Below are positions 8,277 to 16,643 of a DNA stretch of 57,730 bases, piece by piece. Source of the DNA: Oscillospiraceae bacterium (GTDB lineage Bacteria > Bacillota > Clostridia > Oscillospirales > UBA929). The notes under the pieces are model-generated. The model had not been told where the DNA came from. It saw only the letters and a program-made list of their open reading frames with translations, and searched no databases. Numbering within the stretch: the stretch's first letter is position 1; each line of letters starts with the position of its first letter. Location: positions 1 to 57,730 of the forward strand of contig JAIRWH010000074.1 of assembly GCA_031253545.1 (NCBI GenBank), read 5' to 3'. A program made the position numbers and the translations under genes.

Positions 8277-10094
8277 CTATTCGTCTAACTTCAACACGGC
8301 CATGAAAGCCTCTTGCGGCACCTCCACCGCGCCGAGGTTGCGCATGCGTTTTTTGCCTTCCTTCTGTTTTTCAAGCAACTTTTTCTTGCGCGTGATGTCG
8401 CCGCCGTAGCACTTGGCGAGCACGTCTTTGCGCAATGCCCGTACTGTCTCGCGGGCGATGACCTTGCCGCCCACCGCCACCTGCACGGGAATCTCGAAAA
8501 GGCGGCGCGGCAGATGCTCTTTGAGTTTTTCCGCGATGCGGCGCGCGCGGGCATAGGCCTTGTCCGCGTGGACGATAAACGAGAGCGCGTCCACCGGGTC
8601 GCCGAGCAGCAACACGTCTAACTTCACAAGGTCGGATTCGCGGTATTCCAAAAAATCGTAGTCTAACGAGGCATACCCGCGTGTGCGTGATTTGAGCGCG
8701 TCGAAGAAGTCGTAGATAATCTCGCCGAGCGGCAATTCGTAATGCAGCTCCACCCGCCCGTCCGCCTTGCCGTCTATGTAGCTCATGTTCTTGAATACGC
8801 CGCGCCTTTCGTTGCACAGCTCCATGAGGCTGCCCACATATTCCTGCGGCGTGATGATGCCGGCTTTTACATACGGCTCGGAAGACTTGACGATGCGCGA
8901 AGGGTCGGGGTAGTTGAGCGGGTTGTCTATCACGGTCTCGCTGCTGTCGGTGAGGGTAAACTTATATATCACGCTTGGAGCTGTGGTAATGAGGTCTAAG
9001 TTATGCTCGCGTTCCAAGCGTTCCTGCACCACTTCCATGTGCAGTAACCCTAAGTAGCCGCACCTGAAACCGTAACCGAGCGCCACGGAGCTTTCCGGCT
9101 CGAAGCTGAGGGCGGCGTCGTTGAGATACAGCTTCTCCAGCGCCTCGCGCAGGTCGGGGTACTTCGCCCCGTCGGCGGGGTAAATACCGGAAAACACCAT
9201 TGGGCGGCAGGGGCGGAAGCCGGACAACGCCTGCGCGGCGGGGCAATCCGCAAGCGTGACCGTGTCTCCGGCAATGGTGTCGCGCACGGATTTGATGGAG
9301 GCGGTGAAATAGCCGACTTCGCCCGCCGAGAGCGCGTCGCGCGGCTCGTAGCCCATAGGCCGCAGGTAGCCCACCTCCACCACGGTGTGCCGCGCGCCCG
9401 TGGCAAACATCGTGACGGTGTCGCCGGTCGCGAGGGTGCCGTCTTTGACGCGGACGAATACGATAACGCCTTTGTACGGGTCGTAGAGGCTGTCGAAAAT
9501 GAGCGCGCGCAACGGGTCGGCGGGGTCGCCCCGCGGGGCGGGCACACCGCCGACAATCAGTTCGAGTACATCGTCCGTGTTGGTGCCGAGCTTTGCGGAT
9601 ATGCGCGGCGCGGAGTCGGCGGGCAGGCCGATAATGTCTTCAATTTCCTTGGCCGCCCTTTCGGGGTCGGCGGCGGCAAGGTCAATTTTATTGATTACGG
9701 GCAACACCTCAAGCCCGTGCTCCAACGCTAAATAAGCGTTCGCCAAGGTCTGAGCCTCGATGCCCTGCGCCGCGTCCACCACGAGCAACGCGCCTTCGCA
9801 AGCCGACAGGCTGCGCGAGACTTCGTAGTTGAAGTCCACATGGCCGGGGGTATCTATGAGGTTGAGCGCGTATTCGTCTCCGGCGCGGCTTGTGTATTCA
9901 AGGCGCACGGCGCGCGCTTTTATGGTAATGCCGCGTTCGCGTTCCAGGTCCATGTTGTCTAAAAGCTGCTCTGTCATGTCGCGCTTTTCCACAGCGCGCG
10001 TCGCCTCGATGAGGCGGTCGGCAAGGGTGGATTTACCGTGGTCAATATGGGCGATTATGCAAAAATTACGGGTGAGGCTCAAAGATATTACCAC
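8277..10094 (-). CDS. lepA: Translation elongation factor 4 (LepA)
   Basis: The sequence runs [22 protein letters not shown]...[11 protein letters not shown]...NKID, with the LepA-specific C-terminal domain ending [22 protein letters not shown]. Confidence 0.95.
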   Translation of the reverse strand: MVISLSLTRNFCIIAHIDHGKSTLADRLIEATRAVEKRDMTEQLLDNMDLERERGITIKARAVRLEYTSRAGDEYALNLIDTPGHVDFNYEVSRSLSACEGALLVVDAAQGIEAQTLANAYLALEHGLEVLPVINKIDLAAADPERAAKEIEDIIGLPADSAPRISAKLGTNTDDVLELIVGGVPAPRGDPADPLRALIFDSLYDPYKGVIVFVRVKDGTLATGDTVTMFATGARHTVVEVGYLRPMGYEPRDALSAGEVGYFTASIKSVRDTIAGDTVTLADCPAAQALSGFRPCRPMVFSGIYPADGAKYPDLREALEKLYLNDAALSFEPESSVALGYGFRCGYLGLLHMEVVQERLEREHNLDLITTAPSVIYKFTLTDSSETVIDNPLNYPDPSRIVKSSEPYVKAGIITPQEYVGSLMELCNERRGVFKNMSYIDGKADGRVELHYELPLGEIIYDFFDALKSRTRGYASLDYDFLEYRESDLVKLDVLLLGDPVDALSFIVHADKAYARARRIAEKLKEHLPRRLFEIPVQVAVGGKVIARETVRALRKDVLAKCYGGDITRKKKLLEKQKEGKKRMRNLGAVEVPQEAFMAVLKLDE

Positions 10095-10590
10095 CTTTCC
10101 CGTCTATTGCCGTGATGAGCGGGAAATCCTTCACGGTTAGGCGCAACACGGCCTCGCAGCCAAGCTCCGCAAACGCCTCCACGCGGCAAGCCGTGACGCG
10201 CGCGGCGGCGAGCGCGCCCGCCCCGCCCACGGCGCAAAGATACAGGGAGCCGCCGCGCAGGCACGAGTCGGCCACCTCCGCGCCGCGAGCGCCTTTGCCT
10301 ATGGTGGCCGCCACGCCCAAAGCGTACAGCGCCGGGGCGTAGCAGTCCATGCGGCGCGACGTGGTGGGTCCGCAGGAACCGATGACACGGCCGGGCGGCG
10401 CTTTCGCCGGGCCGCAATAGTAGATGACCGCCCCGTCGAGGGGAAACGGGAGCGGCTCGCCTGCGGCGAGCAATTCGCTCAAACGCCGGTGGGCGGCATC
10501 GCGGGCGGTAAACAGTTCGCCCGAGAGCAATATCATGTCGCCGGCGCGAAGACCGGCGGAGGCAAGCTCCGAGACTTGCAGTTTTTTCAT
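10066..10590 (-). CDS. Fe-S type hydro-lyase beta subunit (class I fumarase / tartrate dehydratase C-terminal-domain family), orphan
   Basis: The sequence [16 protein letters not shown]...[27 protein letters not shown]...TIGKGARG matches the FumA C-terminal/TtdB pattern. No alpha subunit lies adjacent. The start ATGA-overlaps the upstream gene, and the 3' end overlaps lepA by 29 nt. Confidence 0.7.
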   Translation of the reverse strand: MKKLQVSELASAGLRAGDMILLSGELFTARDAAHRRLSELLAAGEPLPFPLDGAVIYYCGPAKAPPGRVIGSCGPTTSRRMDCYAPALYALGVAATIGKGARGAEVADSCLRGGSLYLCAVGGAGALAAARVTACRVEAFAELGCEAVLRLTVKDFPLITAIDGKGGNIFEPHP

Positions 10591-11315
10591 AGCGGGTCGA
10601 AAAACTCCTCCGGCACAAAGTTGCGCACCACATGCATTTGCGGCGGAGGCGGAGACGGCGGCACGGTGCGCAAGCCGGTATCTTCAAGCGCGGCGATGAT
10701 GTCCGCCAAGCGGTTTTGCAGTTTTTCCACCTCGGCGGCGGCGGAGACGGCGGCGGCTTTGGTTTCGCCGGAGATTCCGGCAATACGCTCCCTGTAGGCG
10801 GCGGCTTGCTGTTCCATGTCTTCGCGCAGCTTTTCGGCCGCTTCGCGGGCACCGTCCTCAATAGCCTCGGCGCGGCGGATGGCGAGGGCTTCCTGATTGC
10901 GGTAGACGGTGGAAATATCCGGGTAGCCGGCCGCGTCTTCGCTGTGTTCGGCAAGACGCATTTCGAGTTCGGCGCACTTTATGTTGAGGCGCGCGAACGC
11001 GCCGTCGGTCTCCTCGAACTGCCTTGTCGCCTCGGCAAGCTCTTTTTGCGCGGCAGACAGGGAGGATTCGCGCACGCGTATGGTTTCTTCGGCGGTTTTA
11101 AGCTGCGAGGCGAGCCTGGTAATCTCGGAGTTGAGCGAACCCATGTTTGCCACAAGCACATTGCGCTCGTTTACGGATTTTTGCAGTTCGGCCTCGGAGG
11201 CTTGCAGCTCGGAAAGGTGGCGTTCGGCGCTGCTGCGGAGGTAACGGTATACGTCCGAAGCGGAAATGCCGCCGAACAGACACTTGCGAAAGGTATGTTC
11301 AGGCTTCGCGCCCAT
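10587..11315 (-). CDS. Coiled-coil protein, possibly DivIVA-domain-like
   Basis: The N-terminal FGGISASDVYRYL segment is followed by about 180 aa of heptad-rich, Glu/Ala/Arg-rich sequence and a proline-rich tail (PPSPPPPQ). No enzymatic motif is visible. Confidence 0.4.
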   Translation of the reverse strand: MGAKPEHTFRKCLFGGISASDVYRYLRSSAERHLSELQASEAELQKSVNERNVLVANMGSLNSEITRLASQLKTAEETIRVRESSLSAAQKELAEATRQFEETDGAFARLNIKCAELEMRLAEHSEDAAGYPDISTVYRNQEALAIRRAEAIEDGAREAAEKLREDMEQQAAAYRERIAGISGETKAAAVSAAAEVEKLQNRLADIIAALEDTGLRTVPPSPPPPQMHVVRNFVPEEFFDPL

Positions 11316-11316
11316 A

Positions 11317-11646
11317 TCAGACCAGCCCTTTCAGCAATTCGGCGTAGGCTTCCTTGGGCTTGACACCCACAAGCCGGGAAAGCTCATTGCCCTCCGAAAA
11401 GAGCAGCACGGTGGGAATACTCATAACGTTGTGCAGGGCGGCAAGCGCGCCGAAGTCGTCCACGTTGAGCTTGCAGACCTTCGCTTTGCCGGCGTAATCG
11501 TCGGCCAATTCGGCGATAACGGGGGCAAGCGCGCGGCACGGGGCGCACCAAGGTGCCCAGAAGTCCACCAATACCGGCTCGGCGGCGAGGATAACTTCGT
11601 CTTCGTAGTTTTCGGAATTGAGGCTTACAATGTTGGTGTCGGACAT
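11317..11646 (-). CDS. trxA: Thioredoxin
   Basis: The protein is 109 aa with the WCAPC active site (VLVDFWAPWCAPCRALAP) and the typical thioredoxin length. Confidence 0.9.
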   Translation of the reverse strand: MSDTNIVSLNSENYEDEVILAAEPVLVDFWAPWCAPCRALAPVIAELADDYAGKAKVCKLNVDDFGALAALHNVMSIPTVLLFSEGNELSRLVGVKPKEAYAELLKGLV

Positions 11647-11685
11647 TCCGGCAGACCCCCCTCATAAAGCGACCGATTTTTACAC

Positions 11686-11715
11686 ATTATAGCGCACGGG
11701 GGTATCTCTTGTCAA
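11686..11715 (-). promoter_or_regulatory. Sigma-A type promoter for the trxA operon
   Basis: On the minus strand, TTGACA (11710-11715), an 18-nt spacer and TATAAT (11686-11691). The promoter lies about 40 nt upstream of the trxA ATG. Confidence 0.6.
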
Positions 11716-11823
11716 CCGAGGGAAAGTTTCGGGGAGCGCCCGCACCGCGCGGAATACAGGAAGCCCGAAGGCGATGACGGCGACTCGCGGTGTTTTGAGT
11801 CGCGTCCGCGACTATATGCGCCA

Positions 11824-13683
11824 TCATTCGGCTTTTTCGTCCCGGTCGTCCATACTACTCTGCAAATCATATATCCTTCTGTAGCTCCCGCCCGCCGCGA
11901 GTAGCTCTTCGTGGCTGCCCATTTCCTCCACCGTGCCGTTATGCAGCACCATAATCCTGTCCGCCTGCATGAGGGTGGATATGCGGTGGGAGATAATGAT
12001 AACGACCGCGTCTTTTGTCTCCTTACGGAGCGCGGCGCGGATTTTGGCATCGGTTTCGGTGTCCACGGCGGAGAGGCTGTCGTCAAAGACCATAATCGGC
12101 GCTTTTGACAAAAGCATACGCGTGATGGCCACACGCTGCTTCTGGCCGCCGGAGAGCGTAACGCCGCGTTCGCCCACGAGCGTGGCGTAGCCCTCGCCGA
12201 AAGACATGACGGAATCGTGCACATAAGCGATTCGCGCCGCCGCGATTATCTCATCTTCCGTGGCGTTTGGCCTTGTAATGGCGATGTTTTCCCTGAGTGT
12301 CTTTGAGAACAAAAACGGTTCCTGGAGCAGCATGCCCACCTTTGAGCGCAGATGGGAGCGGGCGATACGGCGTATGTCCACGCCGTCTATGAGTATCCTG
12401 CCCTGTCCGGGCGGCACATCGTAGAGCCTGCAAAGCAAATGCGCCAAGGTGGATTTTCCGGAGCCCGTGCCGCCCAATACGGCGAGCGTCTGCCCGGGCG
12501 AGAGCGAAAAGCTGACTCCGCGCAGCACGGGCTCGGAGCCATGGTAGCCGAACGTCACGTTGTCGAACGTCACCTCGCCCTTTATGTCGGGGCGCTCGCT
12601 GTCGGGAGCGTCCTCTTCCGGCTCGGCGGCTAAGATTTCGCGTATGCGCCCCGCGGACACGGCCGTTTTGGAAAGCTCCGCGATAATGCGCCCGAGCGCC
12701 CTTACGGGCCATATCATCATGTTGCAGTAGACGTAAAACGCCAAGAACGCTCCGGGCGTGAGGCCGCCGTGGGCGCAGCGGAGTATGCCCGCGCCCACCA
12801 CAAGCGCAATCTGTGTGCCGCTGAGTATGTCGCCCATACCCCAAAAAGTGCCCAGCATTTTACCGATTTTTATCCATAGGTCGGTGTACACGGTCGTTTT
12901 CTCCTCAAACCGCTCCGCCTCAAACCTCTCGCGCCCGAACGCCCTCACCACGCGCACACCCGTGTAGTTTTCCTGGGCGCAGGCTTGCATAGCCCCTTCC
13001 GCGGCGTCCGCCTTGCCGAACTCGATTGCCACAGACCTGAAATACAGCGCGGAAAACACAAAGATTACGGGAAGCAGCGCCAGCGACACCAATGTCATCA
13101 CCGTGTCCATTGAAAACATAATGACAATGGCCGCCGCGAATACGCTCACCGTGCGCAAAAGCTCTGTGAAGTGGTTAGAGAAAAAGTTCCTCACGGTGTC
13201 CACGTCCGACGTGCAGCGCTGGATAATGTCCCCCGTGCGGCACATGACGTGCCATTCGTAGGGCAGGCGCTGTATATGGGCAAACAGCGTGTCGCGCAGC
13301 CTTTGCGCCATGTATTCGGCAATTTCCAGCCCGATATATCGGCGCAGTATGTTAAACACCGCCGACAGGGCGGCCGCGGCGGCGACAGCCGCCGCGGCGA
13401 GCCACAGCGCGGTGCCTTGCGGACTTATCCCGGCAAGCAACGAAAGCGCCGCGCTTTCCCATGAACCCGGCGCGGGCGACACGTCGCCTAAAAGGCTGTC
13501 TATCGTAACGCGGATAATCTGCGGGGTGAGGAAGGCGAGCAACACACCCGCGCCCGTGGCGAACACATACACGGCGAAAGCCGCGTAGCGCCCCCTTGCC
13601 GATTCCGCCAAGAGCGCGAAACGGCCTTTCGCCCAAGGCAGACACATGGGGGGCGCGCCGGAATTAACCCTCCTATGTTTCAT
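11824..13683 (-). CDS. ABC exporter, fused permease/ATPase (MsbA/MdlB-like half transporter)
   Basis: Six predicted TM helices are followed by Walker A GGTGSGKST, the signature LSGGQKQR and Walker B IMVFDD. Confidence 0.85.
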   Translation of the reverse strand: MKHRRVNSGAPPMCLPWAKGRFALLAESARGRYAAFAVYVFATGAGVLLAFLTPQIIRVTIDSLLGDVSPAPGSWESAALSLLAGISPQGTALWLAAAAVAAAAALSAVFNILRRYIGLEIAEYMAQRLRDTLFAHIQRLPYEWHVMCRTGDIIQRCTSDVDTVRNFFSNHFTELLRTVSVFAAAIVIMFSMDTVMTLVSLALLPVIFVFSALYFRSVAIEFGKADAAEGAMQACAQENYTGVRVVRAFGRERFEAERFEEKTTVYTDLWIKIGKMLGTFWGMGDILSGTQIALVVGAGILRCAHGGLTPGAFLAFYVYCNMMIWPVRALGRIIAELSKTAVSAGRIREILAAEPEEDAPDSERPDIKGEVTFDNVTFGYHGSEPVLRGVSFSLSPGQTLAVLGGTGSGKSTLAHLLCRLYDVPPGQGRILIDGVDIRRIARSHLRSKVGMLLQEPFLFSKTLRENIAITRPNATEDEIIAAARIAYVHDSVMSFGEGYATLVGERGVTLSGGQKQRVAITRMLLSKAPIMVFDDSLSAVDTETDAKIRAALRKETKDAVVIIISHRISTLMQADRIMVLHNGTVEEMGSHEELLAAGGSYRRIYDLQSSMDDRDEKAE

Positions 13684-13702
13684 TCAACGCTTCCATGGCG
13701 CT

Positions 13703-15337
13703 CTACTCGGCGGAGACGAGGTAGTGATATATCGGCTGCCCGCCTGAAAGCAACGTAACTTCGGCGGTAGGGCAACTGCGCCTGAATATGGCGGCCGCGT
13801 TGCGCGCGTCGTTTTCTTCCACGTCCTCGCCGAAAAACACGGTGACATATGCCGGTTCGCCTTCGCGCATAACATCGGCCAAGGCGGCCAATGATTCGTA
13901 TATGTCCGTGTGCGTACTGTGCAGCTTACCGTCTATGAGCGCCATGAAGTCGCCCTCGCGGATGTCTTCGCCGGCAAAGCGCGAATCGCGCGCGGCGGAG
14001 GTAACCTGGCCTGTTTTCACGGAGGACATCGCGCCGAGCATGGCCTCTTTGTTTACGTCCGGCTCCGCCGAAGAATCGAACGCCAACAACGCCGACACGC
14101 CTTGCGGTATGGACTTGGATGGCAAAACCACTATTTCTTTTTCGGAAAGGCCCGCGCATTGCTCGGCCGCCATGATTACGTTTTTGTTGTTTGGCAAGAC
14201 GTATACGATGGATGCCGGGGTGGCGTTGACCGCCGCCAAGATGTCTTCCGTGGAGGGGTTCATCGTCTGCCCGCCCTCCACGAAACTCGCCACACCCAAG
14301 TCTTTCATGACCGCCACAATACCGCTGCCGGAGCAGACGGACACGAAACCATAACGCGATTCGGGCGGGGCGGGGGCGGGGGTGGAAGGCTGTGTGTTCA
14401 GCACTTGCTCGGTGTGCTGCTGGCGCATATTTTCAATCTTCACGGTGTCGAGGCTTCCGTAGGTGAGCGCTTCCTCCAACGCTTTACCCGGATTGTTGGT
14501 GTGCACATGAACTTTGATTATGGTCTCGTCGTCCACAAAGACTAAGCTGTCGCCCAAAGCGCCCAAATACGCGCGCAACGAGAGCGGGTCTTTCTTTGCG
14601 GGCTGTTCAAGCGCGACGATAAACTCCGTGCAGTAAGTATATTTAATGTCTTCCCCGCTGAACTCGGCAAAGTCCGCCTTGTCTCTGCGCGTTTCCGGCA
14701 CGGCTTCGCCCACCGCCACGGGGTTGCCTTGCAGGGCGGAGAGCATACCCTCTAAAATTACGGCAAATCCCTTCCCCCCCGCGTCTATCACGCCGGCCTT
14801 TTTCAGCACGGGGTTTTGCTCGATGGTCTCCGGCAGGGCTTCGTTGGCCGCGAGCACAGCCTCCGCGAGCACGGTCTCAAGCGTATTGTCGTTACCCGCG
14901 GTGATAACGGCGCGCGCGGCCGCCATGCGGGAAACGGTGAGCATGGTGCCCTCGGTGGGTTTCATAACCGCCCTGTACGCGGCATCCACCCCTTCGCTCA
15001 GCGCCGCGCCGAAGTCCGCGCCCGTGAGTTTTTCTTTGTCTTTGAGGCTTTTTGCCAACCCCCTGAAAAGCAGGGAGAGGATGACGCCGGAATTGCCGCG
15101 CGCGCCGCGCAACAGGCCCGCCGCCGCCGCTTGGGCCACATTGCCCACGGTCTGATGATTATGTTTGAGCATTTCGGCCACGGCCGACTTCATGGTGAGG
15201 GTCATGTTGATACCGGTGTCGCCGTCCGGCACGGGGAATACATTCAGTTCGTTTACCGCCACACGGGCGTTTTCAATGGCTGCGGCACCGGAAATGAACA
15301 TCTGCGTCAATTCAGCGCCGGAGGCAGACTCTTTCAA
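13703..15337 (-). CDS. yloV: DAK2-domain fusion protein YloV
   Basis: The DAK2 motif is NVFPVPDGDTGINM, followed by a DegV-like C-terminal half. I propose the TTG start at 15337 because the GGAGGGAGG RBS lies 8-10 nt upstream. The N-terminus then aligns with YloV proteins (KESASGAELTQMFISGAAAI). The longer track ORF would overlap asp23. Confidence 0.8.
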   Translation of the reverse strand: MKESASGAELTQMFISGAAAIENARVAVNELNVFPVPDGDTGINMTLTMKSAVAEMLKHNHQTVGNVAQAAAAGLLRGARGNSGVILSLLFRGLAKSLKDKEKLTGADFGAALSEGVDAAYRAVMKPTEGTMLTVSRMAAARAVITAGNDNTLETVLAEAVLAANEALPETIEQNPVLKKAGVIDAGGKGFAVILEGMLSALQGNPVAVGEAVPETRRDKADFAEFSGEDIKYTYCTEFIVALEQPAKKDPLSLRAYLGALGDSLVFVDDETIIKVHVHTNNPGKALEEALTYGSLDTVKIENMRQQHTEQVLNTQPSTPAPAPPESRYGFVSVCSGSGIVAVMKDLGVASFVEGGQTMNPSTEDILAAVNATPASIVYVLPNNKNVIMAAEQCAGLSEKEIVVLPSKSIPQGVSALLAFDSSAEPDVNKEAMLGAMSSVKTGQVTSAARDSRFAGEDIREGDFMALIDGKLHSTHTDIYESLAALADVMREGEPAYVTVFFGEDVEENDARNAAAIFRRSCPTAEVTLLSGGQPIYHYLVSAE

Positions 15338-15357
15338 GAGGTTCGCTCCTCCCTCCG

Positions 15358-15708
15358 TCACGGCCCGCAGTGGACGGAATCCACAAAGACATCCACGGAA
15401 CCTACCGGCACACCCGTGAGTCTTTCCACATTGTAGCGCACTTCGCTGATGATTGATTCGCATACGGCCGGCAGATTGACACCGTATTCCACGGCAATGT
15501 GCAGCTCAATGGCAATTTTGCCCTCGCTCTCGCAGGGGATAATCTTCACGCCTTTGGAGAGATTGTCTTTGCGAAGGAGACGCACAATGCCGTCGCCGCG
15601 CGAGGCCATTCCCTTCACGCCGAAACAGTTGGTAGCGGCGTGGCCGCAAATGGACAGGAATACGTCGTCGGCTATCTTCACGTCACCGTTAGCAGCAGCA
15701 ATTCTCAT
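15358..15708 (-). CDS. asp23: Asp23/Gls24-family envelope stress protein
   Basis: The 116-aa protein contains IADDVFLSICGHAATNCFGVKGM...VEYGVNLPAVCESIISEVRYNVERLTG. It has the typical size and the conserved position upstream of yloV. Confidence 0.85.
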   Translation of the reverse strand: MRIAAANGDVKIADDVFLSICGHAATNCFGVKGMASRGDGIVRLLRKDNLSKGVKIIPCESEGKIAIELHIAVEYGVNLPAVCESIISEVRYNVERLTGVPVGSVDVFVDSVHCGP

Positions 15709-15768
15709 CGTAGCGCCTCACCGCCCCTTTTCGTTTTGAGTACATGCTTTCCGAACACGCACAACGCC

Positions 15769-15797
15769 ATTATACATCGCGTACTTTTGCTTGTCAA
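15769..15797 (-). promoter_or_regulatory. Consensus sigma-A promoter for asp23-yloV
   Basis: On the minus strand, TTGACA (15792-15797), a 17-nt spacer and TATAAT (15769-15774). The promoter lies about 60 nt upstream of the asp23 ATG. Confidence 0.7.
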
Positions 15798-16005
15798 GTT
15801 TTTTGGGTGGGGGCGGCGCGTTACCCAAGGAGCCGCAAGTGCGAGCCGGAATGGACGAGATAACGCGGGCTCTCGATGTTTCCGACAGCGATGCCTGCGG
15901 CATCGGCATCGAGTCGGAAGTAGTCAAGGGTAAACTCGGAGGCAGAAAAGCCAAACCTAAAACAGATGCCGTTATCGGAGCCGCGCCCGCGCAATCGCCG
16001 GATTT

Positions 16006-16638
16006 TTACCCCTCCGAAACCACGGCGAGTTTTTTCATCACCACGGGCTTCACAGGCGAAGAGACGCGCCCGTCGGGGCCGAGCGCGCGTTCGACAAACT
16101 GAAAAGCGTCCACCACGTCCATGCCTTCAACCACCTTGCCGAAGGCGGCGTATTCGCCGTCAAACCGGGTGTAATTATTGGAGAGCAATATAAAAAACTG
16201 GCTTCCGGCGGAGTTCGGGTCGTCGGCGCGCCGTATCATAGACACCACGCCTTTTGTGTGCGAGAGCGTGTTGCCGGCATAGCCGTTTGCGGCAAACTCC
16301 CCCGGCAGGTTGCCGCTGCCGCCCGCGCCCGCCGCGTCCGGCGCGCCGCCCACGGCCATGTAGCCGTCTATAATTCTGTGAAACGTGAGCCCGTCGTAAA
16401 AACCCTCGCCCACGAGGGCGAGAAAGTTTGCCGCAGTGGCGGGGGCGTATTGCGGATACAGCTCGATGACAAATACGCCGCCGCTTTCCATCTCCACCCG
16501 CACACGCGGCAAATCGCCCTCGCGCCTTTCGTCTTCGCCCCCGCCGCGCAAAAAAAGAACGGCGGCGGCGGCCGCGCTCGCAAGCAACCCCGTGATTATG
16601 AGCGCGAGCAGCGCGCGCAGCGCCTTCTTCCTCCTCAT
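16006..16638 (-). CDS. Cyclophilin-type peptidyl-prolyl cis-trans isomerase with an N-terminal membrane anchor
   Basis: The N-terminus MRRKKALRALLALIITGLLASAAAAAVLF is a membrane anchor. The cyclophilin core follows (YDGLTFHRIIDGYM...GSQFFILL...FGKVVEGMDVV). The ATG lies 5 nt after the stop of the 2162-aa gene. Confidence 0.85.
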   Translation of the reverse strand: MRRKKALRALLALIITGLLASAAAAAVLFLRGGGEDERREGDLPRVRVEMESGGVFVIELYPQYAPATAANFLALVGEGFYDGLTFHRIIDGYMAVGGAPDAAGAGGSGNLPGEFAANGYAGNTLSHTKGVVSMIRRADDPNSAGSQFFILLSNNYTRFDGEYAAFGKVVEGMDVVDAFQFVERALGPDGRVSSPVKPVVMKKLAVVSEG

Positions 16639-16643
16639 GGCGA

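Noticed and set aside
15798-16005. I looked for rpmB (L28) or another small gene or riboswitch in the 200-nt spacer upstream of the asp23 promoter, as found in Bacillus.
   Set aside because: No frame gives an L28-like or otherwise recognisable peptide. Only a weak TGGGT...ACCCA stem is present. I treat it as the terminator or spacer region after the cyclophilin gene.
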